DNA of 24,000 nt from NCBI GenBank assembly GCA_009928665.1, contig SACF01000039.1:1-24000 (forward strand), given 5' to 3'. Shown here one piece after another: positions 8,234-18,134 of the stretch. Position 1 is the stretch's first letter; each line of letters opens with the position of its first letter. The notes beneath the pieces were generated by a model. The model saw only the letters and a program-made list of their open reading frames with translations, did not search any database and was not told where the DNA came from. This DNA is from Alphaproteobacteria bacterium (GTDB taxonomy: Bacteria; Bacteroidota; Bacteroidia; Bacteroidales; FEN-979). A program made the position numbers and the translations under genes.

Positions 8234-9013
8234 TCAGCCAACATTGTATTTCACCGTGGTAAGTTCGAATTTCCCATAGCAGAACTCCCCTTCCGGCCTA
8301 ATGTAGATCACATCCGCCCGGTAAGGAAGAATCATTTCGCCGGATGCGCGGTACTCAACGACCGGTGTCCGCCAGGGGTGGTTGATATACTTTTTCCCGT
8401 CGGTGGTTTCGAAGCGATCGTGGCTGAGAAAATCGATGAGCCTTCCATCGTCGGCAAAAGTAAGCGTCCCGGTTACCCGGAGGTTACCGTTGGTGAGGGT
8501 CGCTCCTGCCTGTAATGGTCCCTTTTCCTCCCAGTGGATTCTCGGGTCGGTAAGGGTAGCAGGCGCCATAAAACACATATCGTTTAACAGCGTTACAGTC
8601 TCTCCCTGATCCATCTCCGGTCCTTTGGCATCGGCTACCCGGAAGAGGGAAACCAGCCGGATCTGCATCGTGGCTTTGCCCTCCCGATAAACATGTAGCC
8701 CGGCGACCGGTATTCCCGCTTTCATTGCACGGATATAAAAGAACCGACTTAAATCCGGATAAAAGTTATGCTGTTCCGACCTGAACTTCATCCAGCCAGC
8801 GTCGGGAGCAGAACGCATGACGCCCCGGGCAGCGACAAATACGTTCTTCACGCCGGGCTTGCCAAGGCATCCTACGAAACGAAGATACCGCTTCACAACT
8901 TCGGGAAGGTGGTGTTTATCCTCTTCGGTCACCATTTCAGGCTGCCCGGTAGCCTGATGTTCCATTGCCATAGCAATTTCTTTCCTGTATTGAATCTTAA
9001 ATCCCATATTCAA
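8234..9013 (-). CDS. DUF6544/DUF6920-like hypothetical protein
   Basis: LPEVVKRYLRFVGCLGKPGVKNVFVAARGVMRS…WMKFRSEQHNFY…RFFYIRA…GIPVAGLHVYREGKATMQIRL; start may be the internal ATG of MAMEHQ. Confidence 0.65.
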   Translation of the reverse strand: MNMGFKIQYRKEIAMAMEHQATGQPEMVTEEDKHHLPEVVKRYLRFVGCLGKPGVKNVFVAARGVMRSAPDAGWMKFRSEQHNFYPDLSRFFYIRAMKAGIPVAGLHVYREGKATMQIRLVSLFRVADAKGPEMDQGETVTLLNDMCFMAPATLTDPRIHWEEKGPLQAGATLTNGNLRVTGTLTFADDGRLIDFLSHDRFETTDGKKYINHPWRTPVVEYRASGEMILPYRADVIYIRPEGEFCYGKFELTTVKYNVG

Positions 9014-9084
9014 AGCTCCTTTTTTGGATGGATGATGAATTCACATTGAATACCCTTAAAATTACACAAATTATCTTTCAGCAT

Positions 9085-9115
9085 AATAAAAAGCCGCCCC
9101 CTGAGAGGACGGCTT
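9085..9115 (-). terminator. Rho-independent terminator for the 9144-9800 gene
   Basis: Reverse-strand AAGCCGTCCTCTCAGGGGGCGGCTTTTTATTATG: AAGCCG/CGGCTT stem (9091-9115) followed by a T-rich tract. Confidence 0.7.
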
Positions 9116-9143
9116 CATGACCTGAAAAAATTTCTGTCGACAG

Positions 9144-9800
9144 TTAGAATTTCCCGAATTTCAACCCCACGGTGGCCGTGAAATTGTTCATTATGGTGGA
9201 GGAGGTGTTGATCAGATCAAGCCCCGCCACGTACCGGTAACTCACGCCGGCGTTCAGTCGCATGAACTTCAGGATATTGATCTCGGCACGGACCCCGGGC
9301 TCCACAACAAAGTACTGATCTTTGTCGATGGTTCTGCGATGTTCGTCACAGTCATCCTCATCCCATTCCGGGTAATCCGGGTCGGTGATGTAGGAGGCAT
9401 CCCCTCCGCCGATCAGAACCGGGAAGGTAACGTGAACCATCGATTTTGGGAAAAGGGTGTACTCGAGCAGTAGTCCGCCATACCCGCCTTCAAGATATGC
9501 ACCGGTAGTGTCGGTAACATTCGGATAATACATCCCATTACGGTTGCACCAGCCGCGTCCCGTCAAACCGAGGGTGAAATTGTGGTTGATGATCATACCA
9601 ACGCTCAGTCCGGCCATCCAGACATCACGTCCGCTGAATTGTGTGTACCCCGGGTCAATCCCGATAACCCAGCCAATCCTGGTCTTTTTCTCCTTCCCGA
9701 AAATAGTGTTCATCTCATCCGTTGAATTCGGCGTCTCTGTCTGGGCCTTTACCATAACAACCATGAGCAGCAATGCGACCATTAATGATAATTGTTTCAT
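9144..9800 (-). CDS. Secreted/outer-membrane beta-barrel hypothetical protein
   Basis: 218 aa; signal peptide MKQLSLMVALLLMVVMVKAQ; barrel-like repeats and C-terminal NNFTATVGLKFGKF. Confidence 0.65.
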   Translation of the reverse strand: MKQLSLMVALLLMVVMVKAQTETPNSTDEMNTIFGKEKKTRIGWVIGIDPGYTQFSGRDVWMAGLSVGMIINHNFTLGLTGRGWCNRNGMYYPNVTDTTGAYLEGGYGGLLLEYTLFPKSMVHVTFPVLIGGGDASYITDPDYPEWDEDDCDEHRRTIDKDQYFVVEPGVRAEINILKFMRLNAGVSYRYVAGLDLINTSSTIMNNFTATVGLKFGKF

Positions 9801-10101
9801 ACTGAATTGATTTTGTTTAATTTGTGAATTGATTAACAGATCGTGTTTTGAAACATTGGATGCATACTGATTTCATATGTTACAGGGGATGGCCGTAAAA
9901 CAGTTGAATCCGGGTATTCAATCGTTGAATGATACAAAACATCCGATGAACCCAAGAAGGATCCACGTTCGGAAAATAATGGCAGAGATTATGAATGGGG
10001 AAGTTAACCGGATTTCAGGCTTTTTCATATACTGAGCCTTTCAGGTGAGACATTTTGCAAAACTACACTTCCGGTTCAAAGAGTTTTGTATGACGCTATG
10101 T

Positions 10102-10581
10102 TCATTCCGACTTTCGCTTTTTTCGCACTTCGGTCAGCTGGTCTCTTTTTTTTGCGGCAGCTCCGATAATTTGAGATAATTCTGCCGACATCTGCACATA
10201 TTCCTGGTAATCGGAGGGGACTCCGGCTACATTTTGGGGAATATATTGCAGTTCACCGGCCGAAGAGAAGTCATCCTCGGCAATCACCAATCCGAAGTGC
10301 CTGACAATGTTCTCTTCAACAATATTATCGAGCGGACTGCTATTTCTCTCCTTCAGGTCGATATTCAATATAGATTGCATTTTAGATTTCATTTCCCGGA
10401 AGTCGGCGGTATCATTACCACCCACGGCAACGGATATCAGTTCGCGGGGATCGAAAGCATTGACAACCGTGTACATTGTGGTTGGAGCGCCGAATCCCGT
10501 GGCATGAAACCATGCTTTCCTATAATCATCGAAGGTCTTTCCTTCTCTGAGCCTCCGGTGAATGATCGTGATAAATTTCAT
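10102..10581 (-). CDS. Hypothetical protein, possibly dimeric alpha-beta barrel fold
   Basis: 159 aa; MKFITIIHRRLREGKTFDDYRKAWFHATGF…, good coding character, no confident family. Confidence 0.55.
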   Translation of the reverse strand: MKFITIIHRRLREGKTFDDYRKAWFHATGFGAPTTMYTVVNAFDPRELISVAVGGNDTADFREMKSKMQSILNIDLKERNSSPLDNIVEENIVRHFGLVIAEDDFSSAGELQYIPQNVAGVPSDYQEYVQMSAELSQIIGAAAKKRDQLTEVRKKRKSE

Positions 10582-10943
10582 GGATTACCTCCTTTTTTGT
10601 TGGTTCGGATATCAAACTGAATACTATTTTACTCAATGCTGATCGGCTTGTTCGAGCATGATTTGGTAAAATTCATCGGGCATATCGGCCATGGGGACAT
10701 GAGAGGAGGGTAACTCAAGATCACCGGGTCATAGCAGCTTTACATTCGTCAACCTGCTATGATTCAGTATTATATGAGGTATAATAACAAATGTACTACA
10801 AATTTCAGCAAAAACAAAGGTGTTCAAAGCTCATCCCGGTGAAACATTTGATGAAAAGCTGAAGAAAGAGGACCTTCCTTGCTGAAGCTGTGACCAATTA
10901 ATGATCAGATGGTTTGAAACCCTGGGGTGAGGTACTTTTCAGT

Positions 10944-11852
10944 TCATGGCCTGACCAGGAGCCGAAGTGTTCCCCAGCAACGTCCTTCCGACCACAGGGT
11001 TGCATAACAGATCTCGCCGGAGAGGCCAAAGTTGTCGACCGGGATGAGATGATCGCCTTCGCTAACCGATCGTTCGATACAGCCGGCTGCATCGCCCCGG
11101 GAAGTAGTGATTTGGATGAGTATTGATCCCGGCCGAAATGCACGCACGAAAAGATAGGTCCTGTCGCGGAAGGGATTAGGAAAATTCTTCTCAAGGATAC
11201 AACCGGACGATGGGGACGGGCCCCGGTCTATGATCCCCACCGGGAATTCAACACCGGTGATCAGTCGGATACGGTTCGCATTGTACTCGGATACAAATAA
11301 ATTACCTTCCGCGGTAAGAGCGATACTGTTGGGACCGTTGAACTGAGCCGAATCAGCAGGGCCGTCTTTCCCCCCGGAGACACCTGTCCCGGCTAATACG
11401 GTAACATTACCCGCGGGCGATATCTTATAGATTTTATGATGACCGTATGCAGGAAGGTACAGATTGCCCGACTGCCCCCGGGCAAGGTACTGGATCCGCG
11501 ATGTGGAGGGATTGGGAACCGTTGCAAATACCGTGACAATCCCGTTTGGGGCGACCTTGTTGACGATACCCGTGTTATAATTTGATACATAAAGGTTCCC
11601 GTCAGGATCGAAAACCAGACCGATTGGCCCGCTGAATCCCGATGCGAAGACCGATTCCGATCCCCCGGGCGTTATTTTGCTTACCGTGCCGCCGCCATAG
11701 TTCGACACATAAAGGTTCCATTCGTTATCGAATGCAAACGCACTGGGATGGTTCAGCCCCGTGGCGAAGTCGGTCTTCACTCCCGCCGGTGAAGTGCGGG
11801 TAATCTTACCGGAATTATAGTCGGATATATAAAGATACCCGGGCCTGGCTTT
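10944..11852 (-). pseudogene. 5'-truncated NHL-repeat protein with T9SS type A-like C-terminal domain
   Basis: Provided ORF 10944-11780 plus in-frame upstream NHL-like residues GYLYISDYNSGKITRTSPAG with no signal peptide or ATG before the in-frame TGA at 11853-11855; C-terminus has EKNFPNPFRDRTYLFV…LRLLVRP. Confidence 0.55.
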
Positions 11853-11878
11853 TCAGCAAAAGACAGCCGGCCCTGCCA

Positions 11879-14311
11879 TCAGTCTCTTTCAAAAGCGGCC
11901 TGCGCCTCTTTCACGATATCGAGATACTGGGTTTTGTCGACGGTTACTGCCACGAAAATGATCCTGCCTCCCCTGAATGTTCCGGGAACCTTATACGCAC
12001 GACTTACGGCATCGCCACTGTCCCATCCCACGCAAAGTCCGTCCCCACCAAGGGAGAACTTCCCAGGCTGGGTCTTCATCGGACCTTCGGCAACGACCTT
12101 ATCGTTCACATATAACTTCATCGATCCTATAGATTCGTGGTGGGGGCCAGCCTTTTCGCGTTTGAACTCCATGCCAAAGGTGTATTTCCCGGGTTTAAGT
12201 TCCGGAGATACGAATTCCTGCTCAGGTGCAATCCCAAGAAAATTGTACACATAGTGCAGTTTCCTGTCCTTGATGAACAGAGAGTGTCCGCCGAAACGCG
12301 ATCCATGGGCGAAGATGACGCCTGAACAGTCCTTATCGGTAATTTCAACGTCGGTAACGATCATATACGAACGGCCGACCACATCCACCGCTACTGCCAA
12401 AGGAACAGGCGAATCGCTGGGGAAATAAATGTATTTGTCACGGGGAGGCTGTCCCGTGGGACGATGAGCACCGGCAAATTCCAGAGCATTCCTGTCGTCA
12501 AGCGGAAGCACGAAATTTTTCTCCGCTTCATCAAACCAATCCTTGACCAGTTCCTTGAGTTTTTCAGGATTTTCCTTTGCCAGGTTTTTCGATTCGGCGC
12601 GGTCCACATCCACATGATAAAGTTCCCATTCATCCTTATCAAAATTGCCCGTACTGGTCATGGGGGCATGTACGGAAGAGACCTTCCAACCGTCCTTCCA
12701 GAGTCCGCGTGTCCCCATCATCGCATAGTATTGAATATGTTTCCGGGTAGGATCATCGGGCTTTGCGGTAAACGTATAGGCCATCGAAACACCGGAAAGC
12801 GGATATTGCTTTACCCCGTTATAAACATCCGGCATCTGAAGTTTGCACACTTCAAGGATGGTTGGCACAATATCGACGGAATGGTGGTACTGGTTCCTGA
12901 CTTCCCCACGGGCCTTGATACCCTTCGGCCAGCAGATGACCAGCGGATCACAGGTTCCGCCGGCATATTCCGAATAGCGTTTGAACATCTTGAAGGGAGT
13001 CGAAAAGGCCGCGGCCCATCCGGTTGGTATATGCTCATACGTGTCGGGATTCCCCAGCTCATTGATATATTTGATGTTTTCTTCTATAACGTCGGGATAG
13101 CCGTTGAAGAACTTGTTCTCATTGACCGAACCGTTGGGGGAACCTTCTCCTGAGGCACCGTTGTCGGCTGCATAGATGATGATGGTGTTTTTAAGCTGTC
13201 CCGATTTTCTCAGATATTCGATCAACCTTCCCACCTGGGCATCGGTATATTCCGAAAATCCGGCGTACACTTCGGCCAGTCGTGAAAACAGTTTCTTCTC
13301 CTGAGGGCTCAGACTGTTCCAGGGCCGTACAAAATCAGCTTTATTGGCAATAGATTTTGGCAGGGGATTTAAAGGTGTAAGCTCCGTGCCTTCAGGCAGA
13401 ATTCCTTTGGCAATCATCCTGGGAAGGACCCACTTGCGGTAAGCCTCATAACCATCGTCGAACTTTCCCTTATACTTGTCGATATATTCCTGCGGACATT
13501 GATGGGGGGCGTGATTGGCACCCGGACAGTACCACATATACCAGGGTTTGGTGGGATTGCTTCCATTCTGTTCGCGTATCATGTTGATGGCCTGATCGGC
13601 AAGATCCTTTGAAAGATGATAACCTTCCTCGGGATAATACGGCTGATTGATGAAATGATTATCCGAGACAAGTTCAGGATACCATTGGCTTGATTCTCCA
13701 CCCATGAAACCGTAAAAACGGTCGAATCCCTGTGAAAGAGGCCAGGTTTTCCGATCTCCCGCCATGGAAATATCCTGCGTAGGGACGTTGTGATTCTTGC
13801 CAATCCAGAACGTACCATATCCGTTGTCGCGCAAAACACTTGCAATTGTGGCACATTCATCCGGGATACGCCCGTTGGCACCCGGGAATCCTGAAGCACA
13901 CTCGGCGATCGAAGCATACCCGTTCAGATTATGGTTCCGGCCGGTCAGCAGCGTGGAACGCGTGGGTGAAGAAAGTGCACAGGTATGGAACTGCGAATAG
14001 ATCAGTCCGCTGTCGGCAAGCATCTGCAAAGTAGGCATGTTGGCCCTGCCGCCAAAGGGAGACCAGAAGGCCAGACCCGTGTCATCGTACAGAATAAAAA
14101 GAATGTTGGGTGAGCCTTCGGGCGCTTGTTTGGGAAGGTACGGGATCCAGTCCTCGGTAGATTGACGGATATCCAGCTTCATCTCACCTTTGAATTTTCC
14201 GGTGTCGGTTGCGTGTTGTTTGCAGCCCGTGAGTCCTGCTATGGTCAACGGAATCATGCCTAATGACATAGCCTGAGTGGGGATTCGTCTCATAATGCGC
14301 TGATTTTTCAA
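11879..14311 (-). CDS. Arylsulfatase, serine-type, lipoprotein
   Basis: 810 aa; lipobox LTGC, SSPTRSTLLTGR active-site motif (nt 13958-13972), NILFILYDDTG, TDAQVGRLIEYLRKSGQLKNTIIIYAADNGASGEGSPNG. Confidence 0.93.
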   Translation of the reverse strand: MKNQRIMRRIPTQAMSLGMIPLTIAGLTGCKQHATDTGKFKGEMKLDIRQSTEDWIPYLPKQAPEGSPNILFILYDDTGLAFWSPFGGRANMPTLQMLADSGLIYSQFHTCALSSPTRSTLLTGRNHNLNGYASIAECASGFPGANGRIPDECATIASVLRDNGYGTFWIGKNHNVPTQDISMAGDRKTWPLSQGFDRFYGFMGGESSQWYPELVSDNHFINQPYYPEEGYHLSKDLADQAINMIREQNGSNPTKPWYMWYCPGANHAPHQCPQEYIDKYKGKFDDGYEAYRKWVLPRMIAKGILPEGTELTPLNPLPKSIANKADFVRPWNSLSPQEKKLFSRLAEVYAGFSEYTDAQVGRLIEYLRKSGQLKNTIIIYAADNGASGEGSPNGSVNENKFFNGYPDVIEENIKYINELGNPDTYEHIPTGWAAAFSTPFKMFKRYSEYAGGTCDPLVICWPKGIKARGEVRNQYHHSVDIVPTILEVCKLQMPDVYNGVKQYPLSGVSMAYTFTAKPDDPTRKHIQYYAMMGTRGLWKDGWKVSSVHAPMTSTGNFDKDEWELYHVDVDRAESKNLAKENPEKLKELVKDWFDEAEKNFVLPLDDRNALEFAGAHRPTGQPPRDKYIYFPSDSPVPLAVAVDVVGRSYMIVTDVEITDKDCSGVIFAHGSRFGGHSLFIKDRKLHYVYNFLGIAPEQEFVSPELKPGKYTFGMEFKREKAGPHHESIGSMKLYVNDKVVAEGPMKTQPGKFSLGGDGLCVGWDSGDAVSRAYKVPGTFRGGRIIFVAVTVDKTQYLDIVKEAQAAFERD

Positions 14312-14424
14312 GGTTTAAGTGCAGTGTTTTTTTTGGCACCACTGTGCCGGGGACAACAAATATAATAAATAAATATTTGTTAAATATTTATGCAAAGAAT
14401 ATTTTTGGGAATTTTATTTTAATA

Positions 14425-14432
14425 CATTTGCG
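14425..14432 (+). promoter_or_regulatory. Possible Bacteroidota -7 element TACATTTG
   Basis: Matches TAnnTTTG; upstream of the 14576 gene; no well-spaced -33 TTTG could be confirmed. Confidence 0.35.
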
Positions 14433-14575
14433 GTGTATGCATCAATCATGATTTTTAACGCTGATCACGGAACACCGGGGAGATCGATGCAGTAGGGAAT
14501 TAATCGTAACAGATGACCTCAAGTTAATTAATACCATCATTTTTCCGAAAATTTTAAACTCAGAAAACTCACATC

Positions 14576-15271
14576 ATGAAAAAAAACTATCTGCTTTTAT
14601 GCCTGGCTACCATTGCCTTTCTGGGAAACATCACTGCCCAGCCCGATATGAAGGAGACCATGTCGATCATAAAATCCAGCCTCGTCCAGAGCAAAGTCAA
14701 CATGCGGCAGTATTCCTGGATTGAAACGACCAAAACCTGGATCAAGGGTGAACTGAAATCCACAAAACAAAACCAGTGTTATTACAGCGTGGATGGAAAA
14801 CTGATTAAAGTTGCCACCGGCGGAACCGTTCAACCTGCTCCTTCAGGCGGAATCAAAGGGAAGATCATCGCCAATAAAAAGGAGGATATGCAGGAATATG
14901 TGACCCGGGCCATGAACAAGATCAATGATTACCTTCCTCCCGATGGCGACAAAATCCAGCGAATCTATGAAAGCGGTAAAGTCGCGATCCAGATCCTTGA
15001 ACCCGGGAAGAAATTCAAACTGGACTTTCCCAATTACATGCAGAACGGCGACATGTTATCGATTTCTGTAGATATAGCGGCAAAGAAACTGCTTGCCCTG
15101 TCGGTCGCTACCTGGCTTGATGCACCTTCGGATAAGGTGGGTTTAAATGTTAAATACAATTCCCTCCCCGACGGAACACAATATGAAGCCGGCACTGTGC
15201 TGACAGCCGATGCCAAAAACCTTAAACTCGAAATCGAAGAATCAGGATTCAGAAAAGGGAACGGACAGTAA
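14576..15271 (+). CDS. Secreted hypothetical protein
   Basis: 231 aa with signal peptide MKKNYLLLCLATIAFLGNITAQ. Confidence 0.7.
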   Translation: MKKNYLLLCLATIAFLGNITAQPDMKETMSIIKSSLVQSKVNMRQYSWIETTKTWIKGELKSTKQNQCYYSVDGKLIKVATGGTVQPAPSGGIKGKIIANKKEDMQEYVTRAMNKINDYLPPDGDKIQRIYESGKVAIQILEPGKKFKLDFPNYMQNGDMLSISVDIAAKKLLALSVATWLDAPSDKVGLNVKYNSLPDGTQYEAGTVLTADAKNLKLEIEESGFRKGNGQ

Positions 15272-15368
15272 TTTTTCAGATGAAGTATCCATAGGAACCA
15301 GGTTCATGCAAACCGTGAATGATCCTGAAGTATTTTCAATGACCCATAAAATATAATAATATTTACAT

Positions 15369-16217
15369 ATGAAAGCAATGATGATCTTGAATAATGGCTG
15401 TGGTGCCGGACAGACCGTAAAAAGCAGGAGTTTATTTAAAAGTCTCATTCCTGCCTTGATTGCCTTTGTACTGACCCTTACCGCAGTCACCCCGGCCCGT
15501 TCACAGGTGGTTATCGCGTTGTTGTTCGGAGACAAGCTGAACACACCCTCGCTAAAATTCGGTCTCGACGGGGGAATCAATCTGGCCACCCTTACCAACA
15601 TCGATAAGTCAAGCTTTACCGCCGGCTTTAACCTTGGATTGTATTTCGACATCCTGCTCAAGCAGAATACAAACTGGTACATCCATACCGGCGTATTGCT
15701 GAAATCTCCGATGGGAGGCGATAAGCTGAGTACTTATTCGTTGGCCGATCCCGCGCTGGATACCATGTTTTTATCAGGTCATGTTCAGCGTCAGCTCCGG
15801 TATATCAATCTTCCCATCCTGATAAGGTACAAGCTGAAATGCCAGTTCTTTATCGAAGCAGGTCCGATGTTCGGGGTGCTGACAAAAGCCACCGACGTGT
15901 TTTATAACACGATATCCGACGAAAATGATGTATCGTACAAGAACAACATTTACAAAAAATGCAACTGGTTTGATGTGGGAGCCATGGGCGGCATCGGTTA
16001 TCATTTTATGAAAGGGACCGGTTTGAATTTGGGAGTCAGGTATTATTACGGATTCACACATGTTCTTGCAAAAGGCGTTCCCGATCCGGGACAGAATAAT
16101 TCCCTGTATGTTTACCTGAGCATTCCGATCGGCGCGGGTGAAAAGTCACAGGCAAAGGCCGCTGAAAAAGCAAAAGAAAAAGCTGCAAAACAGCAGGAAA
16201 AGAATATGAACAAATAA
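15369..16217 (+). CDS. Porin family / outer-membrane beta-barrel protein
   Basis: 282 aa; amphipathic strands FGLDGGINLATL…TAGFNLGLYFDILLKQN…LNLGVRYYYGFTHV; Lys/Ala-rich tail. Start may be the second Met of MMILNN. Confidence 0.75.
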   Translation: MKAMMILNNGCGAGQTVKSRSLFKSLIPALIAFVLTLTAVTPARSQVVIALLFGDKLNTPSLKFGLDGGINLATLTNIDKSSFTAGFNLGLYFDILLKQNTNWYIHTGVLLKSPMGGDKLSTYSLADPALDTMFLSGHVQRQLRYINLPILIRYKLKCQFFIEAGPMFGVLTKATDVFYNTISDENDVSYKNNIYKKCNWFDVGAMGGIGYHFMKGTGLNLGVRYYYGFTHVLAKGVPDPGQNNSLYVYLSIPIGAGEKSQAKAAEKAKEKAAKQQEKNMNK

Positions 16218-16218
16218 G

Positions 16219-16548
16219 GTGAAGGCGATCAGATATTTAGCGGTTGTCCTGTTATTGCTTACGGGTATTGTCCATTTGATTCTGGGATTCATGGCTCCCG
16301 GGCGATCAGAGGCTGTTTTAATGATCCTTTTTGGCGTTGCCTATTTTGTCGCGGGACTGACGCTGCTGCTGAAACCGGCCGCAGGAACAATCATGGGAAT
16401 GATTTTCCCGCTTGCAGGGTTGCTCATCGGGATCTTCAAAATAGGACCAGCCAGTTGGAGCACATTGTTTTGTATCCTCTTTGCCGTTGATGCAATAATT
16501 CTGATCTCCTGTTTCTATATCCGGTTTTTCCAACATAAAGAAACATAA
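16219..16548 (+). CDS. Small integral membrane protein, hypothetical
   Basis: 109 aa with about four hydrophobic segments, GTG start 1 nt after the preceding stop. Confidence 0.55.
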   Translation: MKAIRYLAVVLLLLTGIVHLILGFMAPGRSEAVLMILFGVAYFVAGLTLLLKPAAGTIMGMIFPLAGLLIGIFKIGPASWSTLFCILFAVDAIILISCFYIRFFQHKET

Positions 16549-16596
16549 TTCCTGCAGTAAACCTGCACATGATCACTGCGCCCTCCCCATTGCTTT

Positions 16597-18084
16597 TCAC
16601 CCTTCGAGCATTTCCACTTTTTCGCGGAGGATTTCGAGGGTGAGCCGGATCGTTTTCAGGTGAGTCCGGAATGAAAGAATGGCGAGCCGCAGGGTGAACT
16701 TCCCGTCGAGGACGGTTGAGGAGATGAATACCCGCCCGTCTTTCACCACCTCTTCGGCCAGCCGTTTATTAAAATCATCGGGATCGCCGGTTTTGGGGAT
16801 CCAGCGGTAGGTCACAATCGACAAATCCGGTTCGCAACCGGTCTCAAAACCCAGCTTGCCGATTTCACGGTAGAAATATTTTGCCAGCAGCAGCTTTTCT
16901 TCAAGGGCTGCCACGAAAGGCTTTGTCCCGAGAAGCTTCAGCGGCAGCCAGAACCGTAGTCCCCTGAAATGCTTGGTGAGTTCGGGTGAAAGGTCGGAGG
17001 GAGAGATCTCCTCTCCTTCACCCTGGGCGTCCTGAAGATAGGGAGCCAGGTAATAGTGCGAATTTCTCAGGCTGGCCATCTCTTTCACGATGACGGCGCC
17101 CAGTCCGTAAGGCAGGAACATTCCCTTGTGCGGATCGATGCACACGGAATCGGCCTTTTCGATGCCGGCAAATTTCATTTTTCCTTCTGATGTCAGGATG
17201 AAGAAACCGCCGTAAGCGGCATCTACATGAAGCCACAATCCTTTCGCAGCGACAATTTTACCGATCCTTTCCAGCGGATCGACGGCGCCCGTGTCGGTAG
17301 TCCCCGCCGAGGCAACGATCAGGAAGGGATTCAGCCCATGTTCTTTATCACTTCGGATGGCCGATTCCAGCTCGCCGGCATTTATCCTGTATGCCTGATC
17401 CAGCGGGACGTAACGCAGGATGCATTCATTCAGTCCGGCAATGCGGATCGCCTTCTGAACCGAATGATGCGTTTGCTGCGAAAGATAGATTACCGATTTT
17501 GTGATGTTTTTCGAGCCAATCCCTTTCGCATCCCTGGCAGTCACGATGGCGATGAGGTTCGCGATGCTGCCTCCCGAGGTGAGATTTCCCGCGGCGGTTT
17601 TTGGAAAACCCAGGATCCCCGCCAGCCAGGAGATCAGCATGTTTTCCATGCGCACAGCCCCGGGTGAGCCGAAGAACAAAGCCGCCAGGCGATTTGTCAC
17701 ATCGGCCAGGTAATCGCCCAGGGCCGAATAATAGATCCCTCCCCCGGGGATGAAGCCCAGGTAACCGCCCGATGCCGGGTTCAACCCGTGAGAATCCACA
17801 TTCGACCTCAACAGGTCCAGCGCCTGATCTATTGCAAGTGGTTCCTCTGAGATCGGGGAATCCAGCAATCCGATCCCTTTGCCGGCGGTGAAATCATAAG
17901 CCTTTAAGGTTTCTATGCGGTTTAAAAAATCTTCGCCGTATGCAATGACTTTATCCCGGGTTTTTTTTCGTTGGCCTGCCGAAGGTTCCAGTGCGCGTGC
18001 GGCTTTTTCGAGCTGTTGCAGTCTCCGTATCATAGTTTGCCGATTGATCACGGCAAAGGTAGTGAAACGCGGGATGTGCCGCAT
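16597..18084 (-). CDS. PLP-dependent group II amino-acid decarboxylase (aromatic-L-amino-acid/glutamate decarboxylase-like)
   Basis: 495 aa; GNLTSGGSIANLIAIVTARD, WLHVDAAYGGF, ADSVCIDPHKGMFLPYGLGAVIVK with the candidate PLP lysine. Confidence 0.93.
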   Translation of the reverse strand: MRHIPRFTTFAVINRQTMIRRLQQLEKAARALEPSAGQRKKTRDKVIAYGEDFLNRIETLKAYDFTAGKGIGLLDSPISEEPLAIDQALDLLRSNVDSHGLNPASGGYLGFIPGGGIYYSALGDYLADVTNRLAALFFGSPGAVRMENMLISWLAGILGFPKTAAGNLTSGGSIANLIAIVTARDAKGIGSKNITKSVIYLSQQTHHSVQKAIRIAGLNECILRYVPLDQAYRINAGELESAIRSDKEHGLNPFLIVASAGTTDTGAVDPLERIGKIVAAKGLWLHVDAAYGGFFILTSEGKMKFAGIEKADSVCIDPHKGMFLPYGLGAVIVKEMASLRNSHYYLAPYLQDAQGEGEEISPSDLSPELTKHFRGLRFWLPLKLLGTKPFVAALEEKLLLAKYFYREIGKLGFETGCEPDLSIVTYRWIPKTGDPDDFNKRLAEEVVKDGRVFISSTVLDGKFTLRLAILSFRTHLKTIRLTLEILREKVEMLEG

Positions 18085-18134
18085 ACTCTTTCATGGCCGG
18101 TAACCGGGGAAAAACCAAATCCGGTATACGCCTG

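Noticed and set aside
10637-10750. Possible protein remnant on the minus strand (…VPMADMPDEFYQIMLEQADQH*) in the 10.6-10.9 kb gap
   Set aside because: Fewer than 40 codons between stops and no recognisable family; too short to support a pseudogene call.
13797-14034. Short + strand ORFs opposite the arylsulfatase
   Set aside because: Antisense shadow ORFs of a confidently assigned gene.
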